Source: Thermosulfurimonas dismutans
GTDB lineage: Bacteria; Desulfobacterota; Thermodesulfobacteria; Thermodesulfobacteriales; Thermodesulfobacteriaceae
Assembly (NCBI RefSeq): GCF_001652585.1
Contig: NZ_LWLG01000013.1
Coordinates: 1-32,000, forward strand
Length of the DNA stretch: 32,000 nt
Direction of reading: 5' to 3'
Shown here in pieces: positions 1 to 7,892 of this stretch (position 1 is the stretch's first letter; each line of letters begins with the position of its first letter). Made by a program: the position numbers and the translations under genes. A model generated the notes under the pieces. It searched no databases. It was not told the DNA's origin and saw nothing but the letters and a program-made list of their open reading frames with translations.

Positions 1-68
1 TCCATACCCCTTCGTAAGGGGGGGTAGGGGGTTCACAAAGGTTTCTGAAAAATGCTAATAGTTGGAGT

Positions 69-416
69 ATGAAACCAAAAAGGAAATATCTTTACAATTC
101 ACGACTTAAGGAAAAAGCCCGGAGGCTCAGGCGCGAGCTTACTCCCGCCGAAAGAAAGCTCTGGGCCTTTTTGCGGAAGCGTCAGTTTCTGGGAATTAAG
201 TTCCATCGGCAGCTACCCATAGGGCGGTATATTGTGGACTTTGTGGCCTTTAACCCAAAAGTGGTGATAGATATAGACGGGGACTCCCATTATACACCTC
301 TGGCCCGTAAAAACGACGAGAAGCGGGATCGTTATTTGGTGAGCTTGGGTTTCAGGGTTTTTCGTTTTACGAATTCGGAAGTGTTGGGAATGTGGAGGGA
401 GTGCTTGAATATCTGA
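69..416 (+). CDS. DUF559 / Vsr-like endonuclease-domain protein
   Basis: 115-aa ORF. The pattern LTPAERKLW..FHRQ..YIVDF..VIDIDGDSH..DEKRDRYL..GFRVFRFTNSEV is typical of the DUF559 family. ATG start with GGAG just upstream. Flanked by G/C-tract hairpins. Confidence 0.7.
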   Translation: MKPKRKYLYNSRLKEKARRLRRELTPAERKLWAFLRKRQFLGIKFHRQLPIGRYIVDFVAFNPKVVIDIDGDSHYTPLARKNDEKRDRYLVSLGFRVFRFTNSEVLGMWRECLNI

Positions 417-462
417 GGAAAGAGATAGGGGACAAAGGGGGGTTCTAGGGACCCCTCCCTAA

Positions 463-525
463 CCCTCCCCTACAAGGGGAGGGAAGTGGCACCCCTCCCT
501 GGACATCCCCTCCTAGGAGAGGGAA
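463..525. repeat. Two G/C-tract hairpins plus a repeated acccctccct decamer downstream of the DUF559 ORF
   Basis: ccctcccct (463-471) pairs with aggggaggg (475-483) across a 3-nt loop. tcccctcct (507-515) pairs imperfectly with aggagaggga (516-525). acccctccct occurs at 451-460 and 491-500. Confidence 0.6.
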
Positions 526-539
526 ATCGGACTTTCGGT

Positions 540-568
540 TTGAGGAAGGTGGAAAAGATGGGTATACT
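540..568 (+). promoter_or_regulatory. Candidate sigma70-type promoter for the lpxD operon (TTGAGG-17-TATACT)
   Basis: TTGAGG at 540-545, a 17-nt spacer, TATACT at 563-568. The -10 ends only 8 nt before the lpxD ATG at 577, which implies a very short or absent leader. Confidence 0.3.
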
Positions 569-576
569 GGAGGGAA

Positions 577-1608
577 ATGGGGTACCGTCTTTCGGAATTG
601 AGCGAAAGGATCGGGGCAGAGCTCCGGGGAGAGGACCTTGAGGTAGAGGGAGTTTCGGCGCTTGAGCTGGCCCGGGAGAGGGAGCTCAGCTTCGTGGAAT
701 CCCGGGCCTGGCTTTCGACGGCGCGAAAGACCAGGGCCGCGGCTCTTCTAGTCCCACCTGAGCTCGCCGGGGAGTTTCCGGAAAGGAGCCTTCTGGTGTG
801 CCCGAACGTGCGGGTGGCACTGGCGCGGGTGGCCCAGCTCTTCTGGAAGCCCTCTCATCCCGCCCCTGGTATAAGCCCCCTTGCGGTGATCGAGGAGGGA
901 GCGGAGCTCGGCGAAGGAGTCTCGGTGGGGCCCTGGGTGTATGTGGGAGCCGGAGCCCGCATCGGGGAGGGAAGCATGCTTTACCCCGGGGTCTTCGTGG
1001 GTGCTGGGGCGGAGGTGGGGCGGCGGTGTGTGCTCTATCCCTACGTGGTGCTTTATCCGGGAGTGCGCCTCGGGGATGAGGTGGTGCTTCACGCCGGTAC
1101 GGTCATCGGGGCCGACGGTTTCGGCTACGCCCAAGAATGGACCAGGGAAGGTCTTAAGCACCTCAAGATTCCCCATTTTGGAACGGTCGAAATCGGCGAA
1201 GAGGTGGAGATCGGAGCCAACGCCTGCGTGGATCGGGCCACCTTCGGGGTCACCCGCATCGGGGCCGGAACCAAGATAGACAACCTCACCCAGATAGGCC
1301 ACAACGTGGAAATCGGTGAGGGAGCCATTATTGTGGCCCAGTGTGGCGTAAGCGGCCATGCCCGCGTCGGACGTTTCGTGATGATGGGGGGGCAGGTTGG
1401 TCTAGCTCCCGGGGCCCAGATAGGAGAAGGGGCCAAAATCGCGGCCAAATCTGGAGTATCTGGTAAGATCGCGCCCGGAGAAGAAGTGGCTGGCATTCCG
1501 GCCATCCCGGTAAGGGTCTGGCGAAAGGCCGTAGTGGCTTTTGCAAAGCTTCCGGATATGGTAAAGGAGTTACGAAAGTTGAAAGCCCTTCTCGGAGGAA
1601 AGAAGTGA
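577..1608 (+). CDS. lpxD: UDP-3-O-acylglucosamine N-acyltransferase
   Basis: 343 aa. The N-terminus YRLSELSERIGAEL resembles LpxD. Long hexapeptide-repeat (left-handed beta-helix) region. Stop overlaps the fabZ start (GTGA). Canonical lpxD-fabZ-lpxA order. Confidence 0.9.
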   Translation: MGYRLSELSERIGAELRGEDLEVEGVSALELARERELSFVESRAWLSTARKTRAAALLVPPELAGEFPERSLLVCPNVRVALARVAQLFWKPSHPAPGISPLAVIEEGAELGEGVSVGPWVYVGAGARIGEGSMLYPGVFVGAGAEVGRRCVLYPYVVLYPGVRLGDEVVLHAGTVIGADGFGYAQEWTREGLKHLKIPHFGTVEIGEEVEIGANACVDRATFGVTRIGAGTKIDNLTQIGHNVEIGEGAIIVAQCGVSGHARVGRFVMMGGQVGLAPGAQIGEGAKIAAKSGVSGKIAPGEEVAGIPAIPVRVWRKAVVAFAKLPDMVKELRKLKALLGGKK

Positions 1609-2045
1609 GTACCAAAAGCCTCGGCCCCAAAGAAATCATGGAGTTGCTTCCTCACCGTTACCCTTTCTTGATGGTGGATAAGGTACTTGAGGTTGACTGC
1701 GAAAAACAGTACATCAAGGCCCTCAAAAACGTCACCCACAACGAACCTTTCTTTCAGGGCCACTTTCCGGAAGACCCCCTTATGCCTGGGGTAATGATGG
1801 TAGAAGCTATGGCCCAGGTTGGGGGTCTTTTCGTAAAGGTATGTTTCCCCGAAGCTCGAGAAAAGCCCTTTGTGCTGGCCGGGTTGGACAAGGTTCGCTT
1901 TCGCCGCCCGGTCCTTCCAGGAGACACCATCATCTTCGAGGCTCAGGGCTTCAAATGTAAGGGCCCTGTTGTTAAGACGCTCGTACGAGCTACCGTAGAC
2001 GGAAAGGTAGTGGCCGAGGCTGAAATCATGGCTGCCGTGAGGTAA
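1605..2045 (+). CDS. fabZ: 3-hydroxyacyl-ACP dehydratase
   Basis: 146 aa. Contains HRYPFLMVDKV and FFQGHFPEDPLMPGV hot-dog dehydratase motifs. Located between lpxD and lpxA. Confidence 0.93.
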   Translation: MSTKSLGPKEIMELLPHRYPFLMVDKVLEVDCEKQYIKALKNVTHNEPFFQGHFPEDPLMPGVMMVEAMAQVGGLFVKVCFPEAREKPFVLAGLDKVRFRRPVLPGDTIIFEAQGFKCKGPVVKTLVRATVDGKVVAEAEIMAAVR

Positions 2046-2048
2046 AAT

Positions 2049-2858
2049 ATGCGAAAAATCCATCCCACAGCTGAAATTCACCCTTCGGCAGAAATTGAGG
2101 ATGAGGTCGAAATTGGACCTTATACGGTCATAGGTCCGCAGGTTTACATCGGTCAAGGCACTCGTATAGGTTCCCATGTCATCATAGAGAAAAACACCCG
2201 AATCGGGAAAAACAACTTCATCCATCACCATGTGGTCATCGGATCCGACCCCCAACATCTAGCCTACAAAGGAGAAGAGTCCTGGGTGGAGATTGGGGAC
2301 GAAAACGTCATTCGGGAATTCGTGACCATTCACCGAGGAACAGCCCTTGACCAGAGTCTTACCAGAATCGGCAATCGTTGTTTACTGATGGCTTATGTCC
2401 ACATTGCCCACGATTGCTTTCTGGGGGACGAAATCATTATGGCCAACGGAGCCACCCTGGGAGGCCATGTTCGAGTGGGCAACCGGGTGGTCTTTGGAGG
2501 ACTTTCGGCCGTGCATCAGTTCTGCCGCATTGGCTCTTACGCCTTCGTCAGCGGCATGAGCGGCGTAGACAAAGACGTTCCTCCCTTCGTAAAGGTCTTC
2601 GGCATTCCGGCCAAGATCCAGGGAGTAAACCTGATAGGCTTGAGACGAGCCGGGTTCGGCAAAGAAACTATAAGACACATCTCCCAGGCCTTAGGAATCT
2701 TCCTGGATGGTCCGGGACGCATCCAAGAAACTATTGAGGAACTCCGAGACGCCTTTCCAGAAGATCCCCATGTACAAGAATTCATCAATTTCATTGAGAA
2801 TCCCTCCCGCCAGGGTATCATGAGACGCAAACCCTTTGAGGGAGAGGAAGCCTTCTAA
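2049..2858 (+). CDS. lpxA: acyl-ACP:UDP-N-acetylglucosamine O-acyltransferase
   Basis: 269 aa. N-terminal hexapeptide repeats (IHPTAEIHPSAEIEDEVEIGPYTVIG), then the IHRGT and AHDC regions typical of LpxA. Operon context. Confidence 0.92.
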   Translation: MRKIHPTAEIHPSAEIEDEVEIGPYTVIGPQVYIGQGTRIGSHVIIEKNTRIGKNNFIHHHVVIGSDPQHLAYKGEESWVEIGDENVIREFVTIHRGTALDQSLTRIGNRCLLMAYVHIAHDCFLGDEIIMANGATLGGHVRVGNRVVFGGLSAVHQFCRIGSYAFVSGMSGVDKDVPPFVKVFGIPAKIQGVNLIGLRRAGFGKETIRHISQALGIFLDGPGRIQETIEELRDAFPEDPHVQEFINFIENPSRQGIMRRKPFEGEEAF

Positions 2859-2861
2859 TCC

Positions 2862-3668
2862 ATGCCTCCGCAACCTCTCGGGCTCATTGCCGGTGAAGGG
2901 AAGGCCCCTCTGGTGCTGGTCGAAAAACTTACCGCCACCCAAAAGCCAGTAGTGGTGATAACCTTTTCGGAGGCCCAGGCCAAAAGACTGGCCTCCGCCG
3001 GAGCCAAAGCCGTTCGAATAAAATTGGGCCAGTTCGGAAAACTGATCAAAGCCTTCAAAAAAGAGGGCGTCAAAGAGATCACCTTTCTCGGAAAGATCGA
3101 GAAACCCAAGGCCCTGAAAGAAGCCATTCCTGACCTTCGAGCCCTTCTTTTGTGGAAACGATTGCTTAGTCGCAATGATGACGCCATCCTGAGAGCGGTG
3201 GCTGAAGAGCTCGAAAAGGAAGGTTTTCGTATAGTCTCTCCGGCGGACTTCGTGCCCGAACTTCTCACACCTGAAGGTGTCCTTACCCGCAAGGAACCCT
3301 CTTCGTCTCAATGGGAAGACATCCGGTTCGGCTACGAGATAGCCAGAAAGATAGGGGCTATGGATATTGGTCAATGTGTGGTAGTGAAGGACCGGATGGT
3401 GCTAGCCGTAGAGGCCGTAGAGGGCACGGACGAGACCATTCGCCGGGCCGGAAACTTTCGAAAAGGAGCCGTAGTGGTCAAGGTCCTAAAACCCAACCAG
3501 GACCCTCGCCTTGATCTACCGGCCGCGGGTCTCAAAACTCTTGAGACCATGCTTTCGGCCGGCGCCCGGGTACTGGCCCTTGAGGCCGGCAAGACCCTTT
3601 TCTTTGAAAGGGAAGAGGCCCTTGATTTCGCCAATCGACACGGATTAATAGTGGTGGGGATAAAATGA
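2862..3668 (+). CDS. lpxI: UDP-2,3-diacylglucosamine hydrolase, LpxI type (DUF1009)
   Basis: 268 aa. The DIGQCVVVKDRMVLAVEAVEGTDETIRRAG block is typical of the DUF1009/LpxI family. Sits between lpxA and lpxB, as described for LpxI-type pathways. Confidence 0.78.
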   Translation: MPPQPLGLIAGEGKAPLVLVEKLTATQKPVVVITFSEAQAKRLASAGAKAVRIKLGQFGKLIKAFKKEGVKEITFLGKIEKPKALKEAIPDLRALLLWKRLLSRNDDAILRAVAEELEKEGFRIVSPADFVPELLTPEGVLTRKEPSSSQWEDIRFGYEIARKIGAMDIGQCVVVKDRMVLAVEAVEGTDETIRRAGNFRKGAVVVKVLKPNQDPRLDLPAAGLKTLETMLSAGARVLALEAGKTLFFEREEALDFANRHGLIVVGIK

Positions 3669-4609
3669 AAAAGATCAAAGTGGGGGTCATCGGCGTAGGT
3701 CACCTGGGAAGATTCCATGCCGAAAAATTCGCCCGCATGGAGGAGGCCGAACTCTGCGGCGTGGTGGACATCAGGGAAGAACGAGCCAAGGAGATCGCCG
3801 AAAAATACGGCACCGCCTGGTTTACGGATTTTCGGAAGCTTTTGCCCGAGGTTGAGGCCCTCTCTATCGTAACCCCTACGGTCACCCATTTTGAGATCGC
3901 CAAAGAATGTCTCTTGGCCGGCAAGCATCTTTTCATAGAAAAACCCATCACCGACCGGCTGGAAACGGCTGAAGAGCTGGTAAGCCTGGCAGAAAGACAG
4001 GGCCTCATCCTGCAGGTAGGGCACATCGAACGCTTTCAGCCTTCTATGAAGAGGCTTCTTTCCGAAGTCAAGCGTCCCCTTTTCATTGAGGCTCACCGGC
4101 TTTCCGGTTTCACCGAAAGGGCTCTGGATGTGGACGTCATCCTAGATCTCATGATTCACGATCTGGACCTGGTCTTGGCCTTGAATCCGAAAGTAAAACT
4201 AAAGGCCCTGCTTTCGGCTGGGGCCCCGGTTCTTTCGGACAAGATCGACATCGCCAGCGTTCGAATAGTCTTCGAAAACGGCTGTTCGGCCAATCTCACC
4301 GCCAGCCGAATCTCGCTGACCCCCCAGAGGCGCTTTCGAGTGTTTGAGAAAGGGGCCTATTTTTCGGCCGACACTTTGAACCGCAAATACTTTGAAGTTC
4401 GGCTCGGGGAGGACAAAAGGCTTATACCTGAAGAGGAAAGCTTCCCCTCAGCGGACCCTCTTTTGGAAGAATTGCAGGCCTTCGTCCGGGCTGTAGCCGA
4501 AGGGGCGTCTCCGCCAGTCAGCGGAAAGGAGGCCCTCTCGGCCCTGGAGCTAGCCTTCCGCATCAAGCGGGATATTGAGGAAAACCTTCAAAAATTCTCT
4601 GCGGGTTAA
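3665..4609 (+). CDS. Gfo/Idh/MocA-family NAD(P)-dependent oxidoreductase (possible GnnA-like UDP-GlcNAc 3-dehydrogenase)
   Basis: 314 aa. N-terminal Rossmann motif KVGVIGVGHLGRFH and an EKP motif (LFIEKPIT). ATGA overlap with lpxI. Embedded between lpxI and lpxB. Confidence 0.75.
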   Translation: MKKIKVGVIGVGHLGRFHAEKFARMEEAELCGVVDIREERAKEIAEKYGTAWFTDFRKLLPEVEALSIVTPTVTHFEIAKECLLAGKHLFIEKPITDRLETAEELVSLAERQGLILQVGHIERFQPSMKRLLSEVKRPLFIEAHRLSGFTERALDVDVILDLMIHDLDLVLALNPKVKLKALLSAGAPVLSDKIDIASVRIVFENGCSANLTASRISLTPQRRFRVFEKGAYFSADTLNRKYFEVRLGEDKRLIPEEESFPSADPLLEELQAFVRAVAEGASPPVSGKEALSALELAFRIKRDIEENLQKFSAG

Positions 4610-4615
4610 GTCACG

Positions 4616-5788
4616 GTGCACACGGGTTTTTCGCACAGGATTCTCATCGTGGCCGGAGAGGAATCCGGGGATCTCTACGGAGCGGAACTCATACGCAAGG
4701 TGCGGGAGATACTTCCGGGGCTGATCTTTTACGGTATCGGAGGCCGACGGATGCGCGCAGCCGGCCTCGAATGTCTCTTCCCGGCTGAACCCATTTCGGT
4801 AGTAGGGCTACCTACTCTTTCCCAGCTCAAGATCATTCGTCAGGCCTGGTCCCGGCTCAAGAACTTTCTCATCAACAATCGCCCTCAAATAGCCGTTCTC
4901 ATAGACTTTCCGGGTTTCAACTTGAGGCTGGCCAAGATATGTAAGAAACTCGAAATCCCGGTCTTCTACTATATCGCCCCCCAGGTCTGGGCTTGGCACC
5001 GCCGACGGGTAAAAATTCTAAAGAATTGCGTAGATCTGCTGGCAGTTATCCTACCTTTCGAAAAGGAATTTTTCAAAAAAGAAGGTATCAACGTGGAGTT
5101 TGTCGGACATCCCTTGGTAGATCTGGTAAGGCCCTCTCTTTCTAGGGAAACCTTCTGTGAAATTGCGGGGCTTTCGCCGGTCCATCCGATTTTGGGCATC
5201 TTCCCCGGTAGTCGGGAATCCGAGGTCAATCGCTTGCTACCCGTGTTTCTAGCGACCTATGAAATCTTAAAAAAGGAGCATCCGCGACTTCAAGGAGTAA
5301 TAGTCAAGGCCCAGGGACTTTCCGAAACCCTTCTATGGGAAGAGGCCAGGAAAAAGGTAAAGGTCCTTGTAGGCTATCAGTACGAAGTCCTAAAACAGGC
5401 CACCGCCGCCCTTTTGGTTTCCGGTACGGTAACCCTTGAAGCCGCAATTCTTGGAACCCCTATGGTAGCAGCCTATCGGCTCCCAAAATTTTCCTTTTTT
5501 CTGGCCAAGAGATTGGTACGGGTCCCTTATATCACCCTGCCCAACCTGATTTTGGACGAACCGGTAGTTCCCGAAATCCTCCAAGACGAGGCCCGTCCGG
5601 AAAAGCTAGCCGAAGTCTTAAGGCCCTATCTTTTCGAGACCAGATTCCGAGAAGAAACGCGCGAAAAATTAAAGCAGGTAAAAAAACGTCTCGGCGGCCC
5701 CGGAGCCTCCTGGCGGGTAGCGGACCTACTGGCGAGCTTCTTGCGTTCTACTTTATCACCATCACCTCTACCACCTTCGGCTTCCTGA
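4616..5788 (+). CDS. lpxB: lipid-A-disaccharide synthase
   Basis: 390 aa with a GTG start. The N-terminus ILIVAGEESGDLYGAELIR matches the LpxB signature. GT-B fold length. The last 41 nt overlap the convergent glucosidase gene. Confidence 0.9.
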   Translation: MHTGFSHRILIVAGEESGDLYGAELIRKVREILPGLIFYGIGGRRMRAAGLECLFPAEPISVVGLPTLSQLKIIRQAWSRLKNFLINNRPQIAVLIDFPGFNLRLAKICKKLEIPVFYYIAPQVWAWHRRRVKILKNCVDLLAVILPFEKEFFKKEGINVEFVGHPLVDLVRPSLSRETFCEIAGLSPVHPILGIFPGSRESEVNRLLPVFLATYEILKKEHPRLQGVIVKAQGLSETLLWEEARKKVKVLVGYQYEVLKQATAALLVSGTVTLEAAILGTPMVAAYRLPKFSFFLAKRLVRVPYITLPNLILDEPVVPEILQDEARPEKLAEVLRPYLFETRFREETREKLKQVKKRLGGPGASWRVADLLASFLRSTLSPSPLPPSAS

Positions 5789-7892
5789 GGACATTTACCA
5801 CCACATCCTTTTCGTATCGGATAAGTTCTAGATCAATGGTGGACTCTCCCACCCTAAGGCCTTTAAAACGCACCCAAGAAAGAAAAGAGGGCAATCTCGG
5901 TTTAAAAAAGCAGAGCCCCTTTCCGGTAAAACGCAATCCCAGAGAGGCCGCAAGCAACATGAAGATCACTCCCGAGGACCAGGCTTGGGGACTGCAGGCC
6001 ACAGGATAAGGCACCGGCCCCTCCCCGGCCCTCCGGGTAAAACCACAAAAGAGTTCCGGTAGCCGGTGGTGGGGAAAATAATGGCTAGCCTCAAAGAGCC
6101 CTTTAAAGACCCGCTCTAGGTGATCCTTGAATCCGTAGCGAGCAAGTCCCTCAGCAATGAGGGCGTTATCATGGGGCCATACGGAGCCGTTGTGGTATGA
6201 AACAGGATTGTAAAGCACCTCCTTTCGGGAAACGGTCCTTATCCCCCATCCGGAAAACATATCCGGTGCAAAAAGGCCCTCCACTAGTCTCTGGGCCTCC
6301 TCTTCCCGCAACGCCTCCGCAAAAAACAGATGGCCAGGATTGGAGGTCTTCACCCAGCATGGCGCCTTGCGACCATCGAGGGCTAGGGCCAAAAAGCCAG
6401 AATCTTCATCCCAGAAACGCTCTTTGATTCTATTCCGCATGGTTTCGGCCTTAGAAAGAAGGGGCAGAACCAGATCGTGTTTTCCGAGAGCCCGGGCGAG
6501 CTTGGCCATCTCCAGATAGGCCCGATAAACATAGCCCTGGACCTCCACCAGGGCTATGGGCGGCTCCGGGAACCGTCCGTCCCGGTGAAAAACGCTATCA
6601 TGGGAGTCCTTCCAGCCCTTGTTGACCAGGCCTTCCTCGGAAGGTGCATATTCCACCAGGCCATCGCGATCTTGATCCCCATAGTCCTCAATCCAGTGAA
6701 GGGCCAGTTCAAGGTGAGGCCAAAGCTTGCGGATGAACTCCAGATCCTGAGTCCTCTCGTAATAGGCCCCAGCCAGGATGATAAATAGAGGTGTAGCGTC
6801 CACCGAACCGTAGTATCTTCCGAAGGGTACCTCCCCGGTAGCAGCCATCTCGCCAAAACGCATTTCGTGCAGAATTTTCCCCGGCTCGGCATCCCTGGCA
6901 GGGTCTTTCTCCTGGGCCTGAGTCCTGGCCAGGACCTCTAACACCCCCCGGGCGATATCCGGATTGAACCAGAGGGTCTGGAGCCCCACGATGAGACCAT
7001 CCCGTCCAAAAACGGTGTTAAACCAGGGGATACCGGCGTAGGGATAAAGGCCGTAAGGTGTGTGCGTAAGCATCATGAAAAGGTCATTGGTCGAACGCTC
7101 AAGCCAGAAATTGAAATGTTCATTTGAGGTTTCCACCTGCACACTTTTCTTTAGGAGGGCCTTGCGCTCTTTGCGACGCAAGAAAAGGGCGGCCTTAAAG
7201 TCCCTGCGGAGCCTCTCTTCTCCCGAAAGGCACCGGATCTTTATCCCCAGGTTGACACGCTCCTTAGGAGCGAGCTTCAGTAAAAACTGGGCCTGATCCG
7301 GGCGAAGCATACCGGGGAGGTCCGAAAAGACGATTTCAAGCAACCGCGTAAGACCGTCCAGCCCGTGATAGCGAATAAGGACCCTATCCTCCTCCACCAC
7401 CGGGGGAAGAATGTGGCCCTTTTTTTCCCTCTTAACTCCCCGGACCTCAAAGATATCCGCAAAGTCTGCGGCGAAAGATATGGTTACCGGAATATCCAGG
7501 GTGAAAAGCGAATAGTTGGTAAACACCAACTCCTCATAATAGTCTCCTTCGTAAAGGACCTTGGTGCGCCGAATATGAAGCCCTCCACGCGGGATAAAAA
7601 GATCCCTTCCCCAAAAAAGATCCGGATTAGTAAGATTTACCTGGATAAGTAGACCGTCCTGGGAAAGGGAGGAGCTTAATAGAAAGGGCTTGGTATGACA
7701 ACAAAAAAGTTCCAGGCGAGAAAGGAAACGGGTCCCCCTATGATAGAGACCGAGCTCTCCGAGCCCACCAGGGACAATGTCCCCCTCGGCATTGAAGAGG
7801 GCAAAGGTGTCCCCGTGCTTGAAGGCAAGGTTACGGGGAGAAAGCCCGGGGTTAGTAGCCAGGATGTAGAACTTCAGGCCGCCTTCCGCCAT
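5748..7892 (-). CDS. amylo-alpha-1,6-glucosidase / glycogen-debranching-enzyme family protein (GDE_N_bis plus GDE_C type)
   Basis: 714 aa. The motifs GIPWFNTVFGRDGLI and EPGKILHEMRFGE, and the overall (alpha/alpha)6 GDE_C-like C-terminal half. Its start overlaps the GT4 stop by 19 nt. Confidence 0.8.
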   Translation of the reverse strand: MAEGGLKFYILATNPGLSPRNLAFKHGDTFALFNAEGDIVPGGLGELGLYHRGTRFLSRLELFCCHTKPFLLSSSLSQDGLLIQVNLTNPDLFWGRDLFIPRGGLHIRRTKVLYEGDYYEELVFTNYSLFTLDIPVTISFAADFADIFEVRGVKREKKGHILPPVVEEDRVLIRYHGLDGLTRLLEIVFSDLPGMLRPDQAQFLLKLAPKERVNLGIKIRCLSGEERLRRDFKAALFLRRKERKALLKKSVQVETSNEHFNFWLERSTNDLFMMLTHTPYGLYPYAGIPWFNTVFGRDGLIVGLQTLWFNPDIARGVLEVLARTQAQEKDPARDAEPGKILHEMRFGEMAATGEVPFGRYYGSVDATPLFIILAGAYYERTQDLEFIRKLWPHLELALHWIEDYGDQDRDGLVEYAPSEEGLVNKGWKDSHDSVFHRDGRFPEPPIALVEVQGYVYRAYLEMAKLARALGKHDLVLPLLSKAETMRNRIKERFWDEDSGFLALALDGRKAPCWVKTSNPGHLFFAEALREEEAQRLVEGLFAPDMFSGWGIRTVSRKEVLYNPVSYHNGSVWPHDNALIAEGLARYGFKDHLERVFKGLFEASHYFPHHRLPELFCGFTRRAGEGPVPYPVACSPQAWSSGVIFMLLAASLGLRFTGKGLCFFKPRLPSFLSWVRFKGLRVGESTIDLELIRYEKDVVVNVLRKPKVVEVMVIK

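Noticed and set aside
417-576. G/C-rich structured region considered as a tRNA, riboswitch or small RNA gene
   Set aside because: There is no cloverleaf geometry, no conserved tRNA boxes and no riboswitch core that I recognise. It is better described as simple hairpin repeats flanking the DUF559 ORF.
1125-2258. 377-aa ORF on the minus strand spanning lpxD, fabZ and lpxA
   Set aside because: It is antisense to three well-supported genes. The sequence is low-complexity with no motifs, and it has no RBS or operon logic. It is a typical shadow ORF opposite strongly codon-biased genes.
2691-4096. 227-aa and 241-aa minus-strand ORFs (2691-3374 and 3371-4096)
   Set aside because: Both are antisense to lpxA, lpxI and the oxidoreductase. 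They are R/S/G/F-rich with no recognisable domains. The plus-strand genes have clear family motifs and coupled start/stop junctions.
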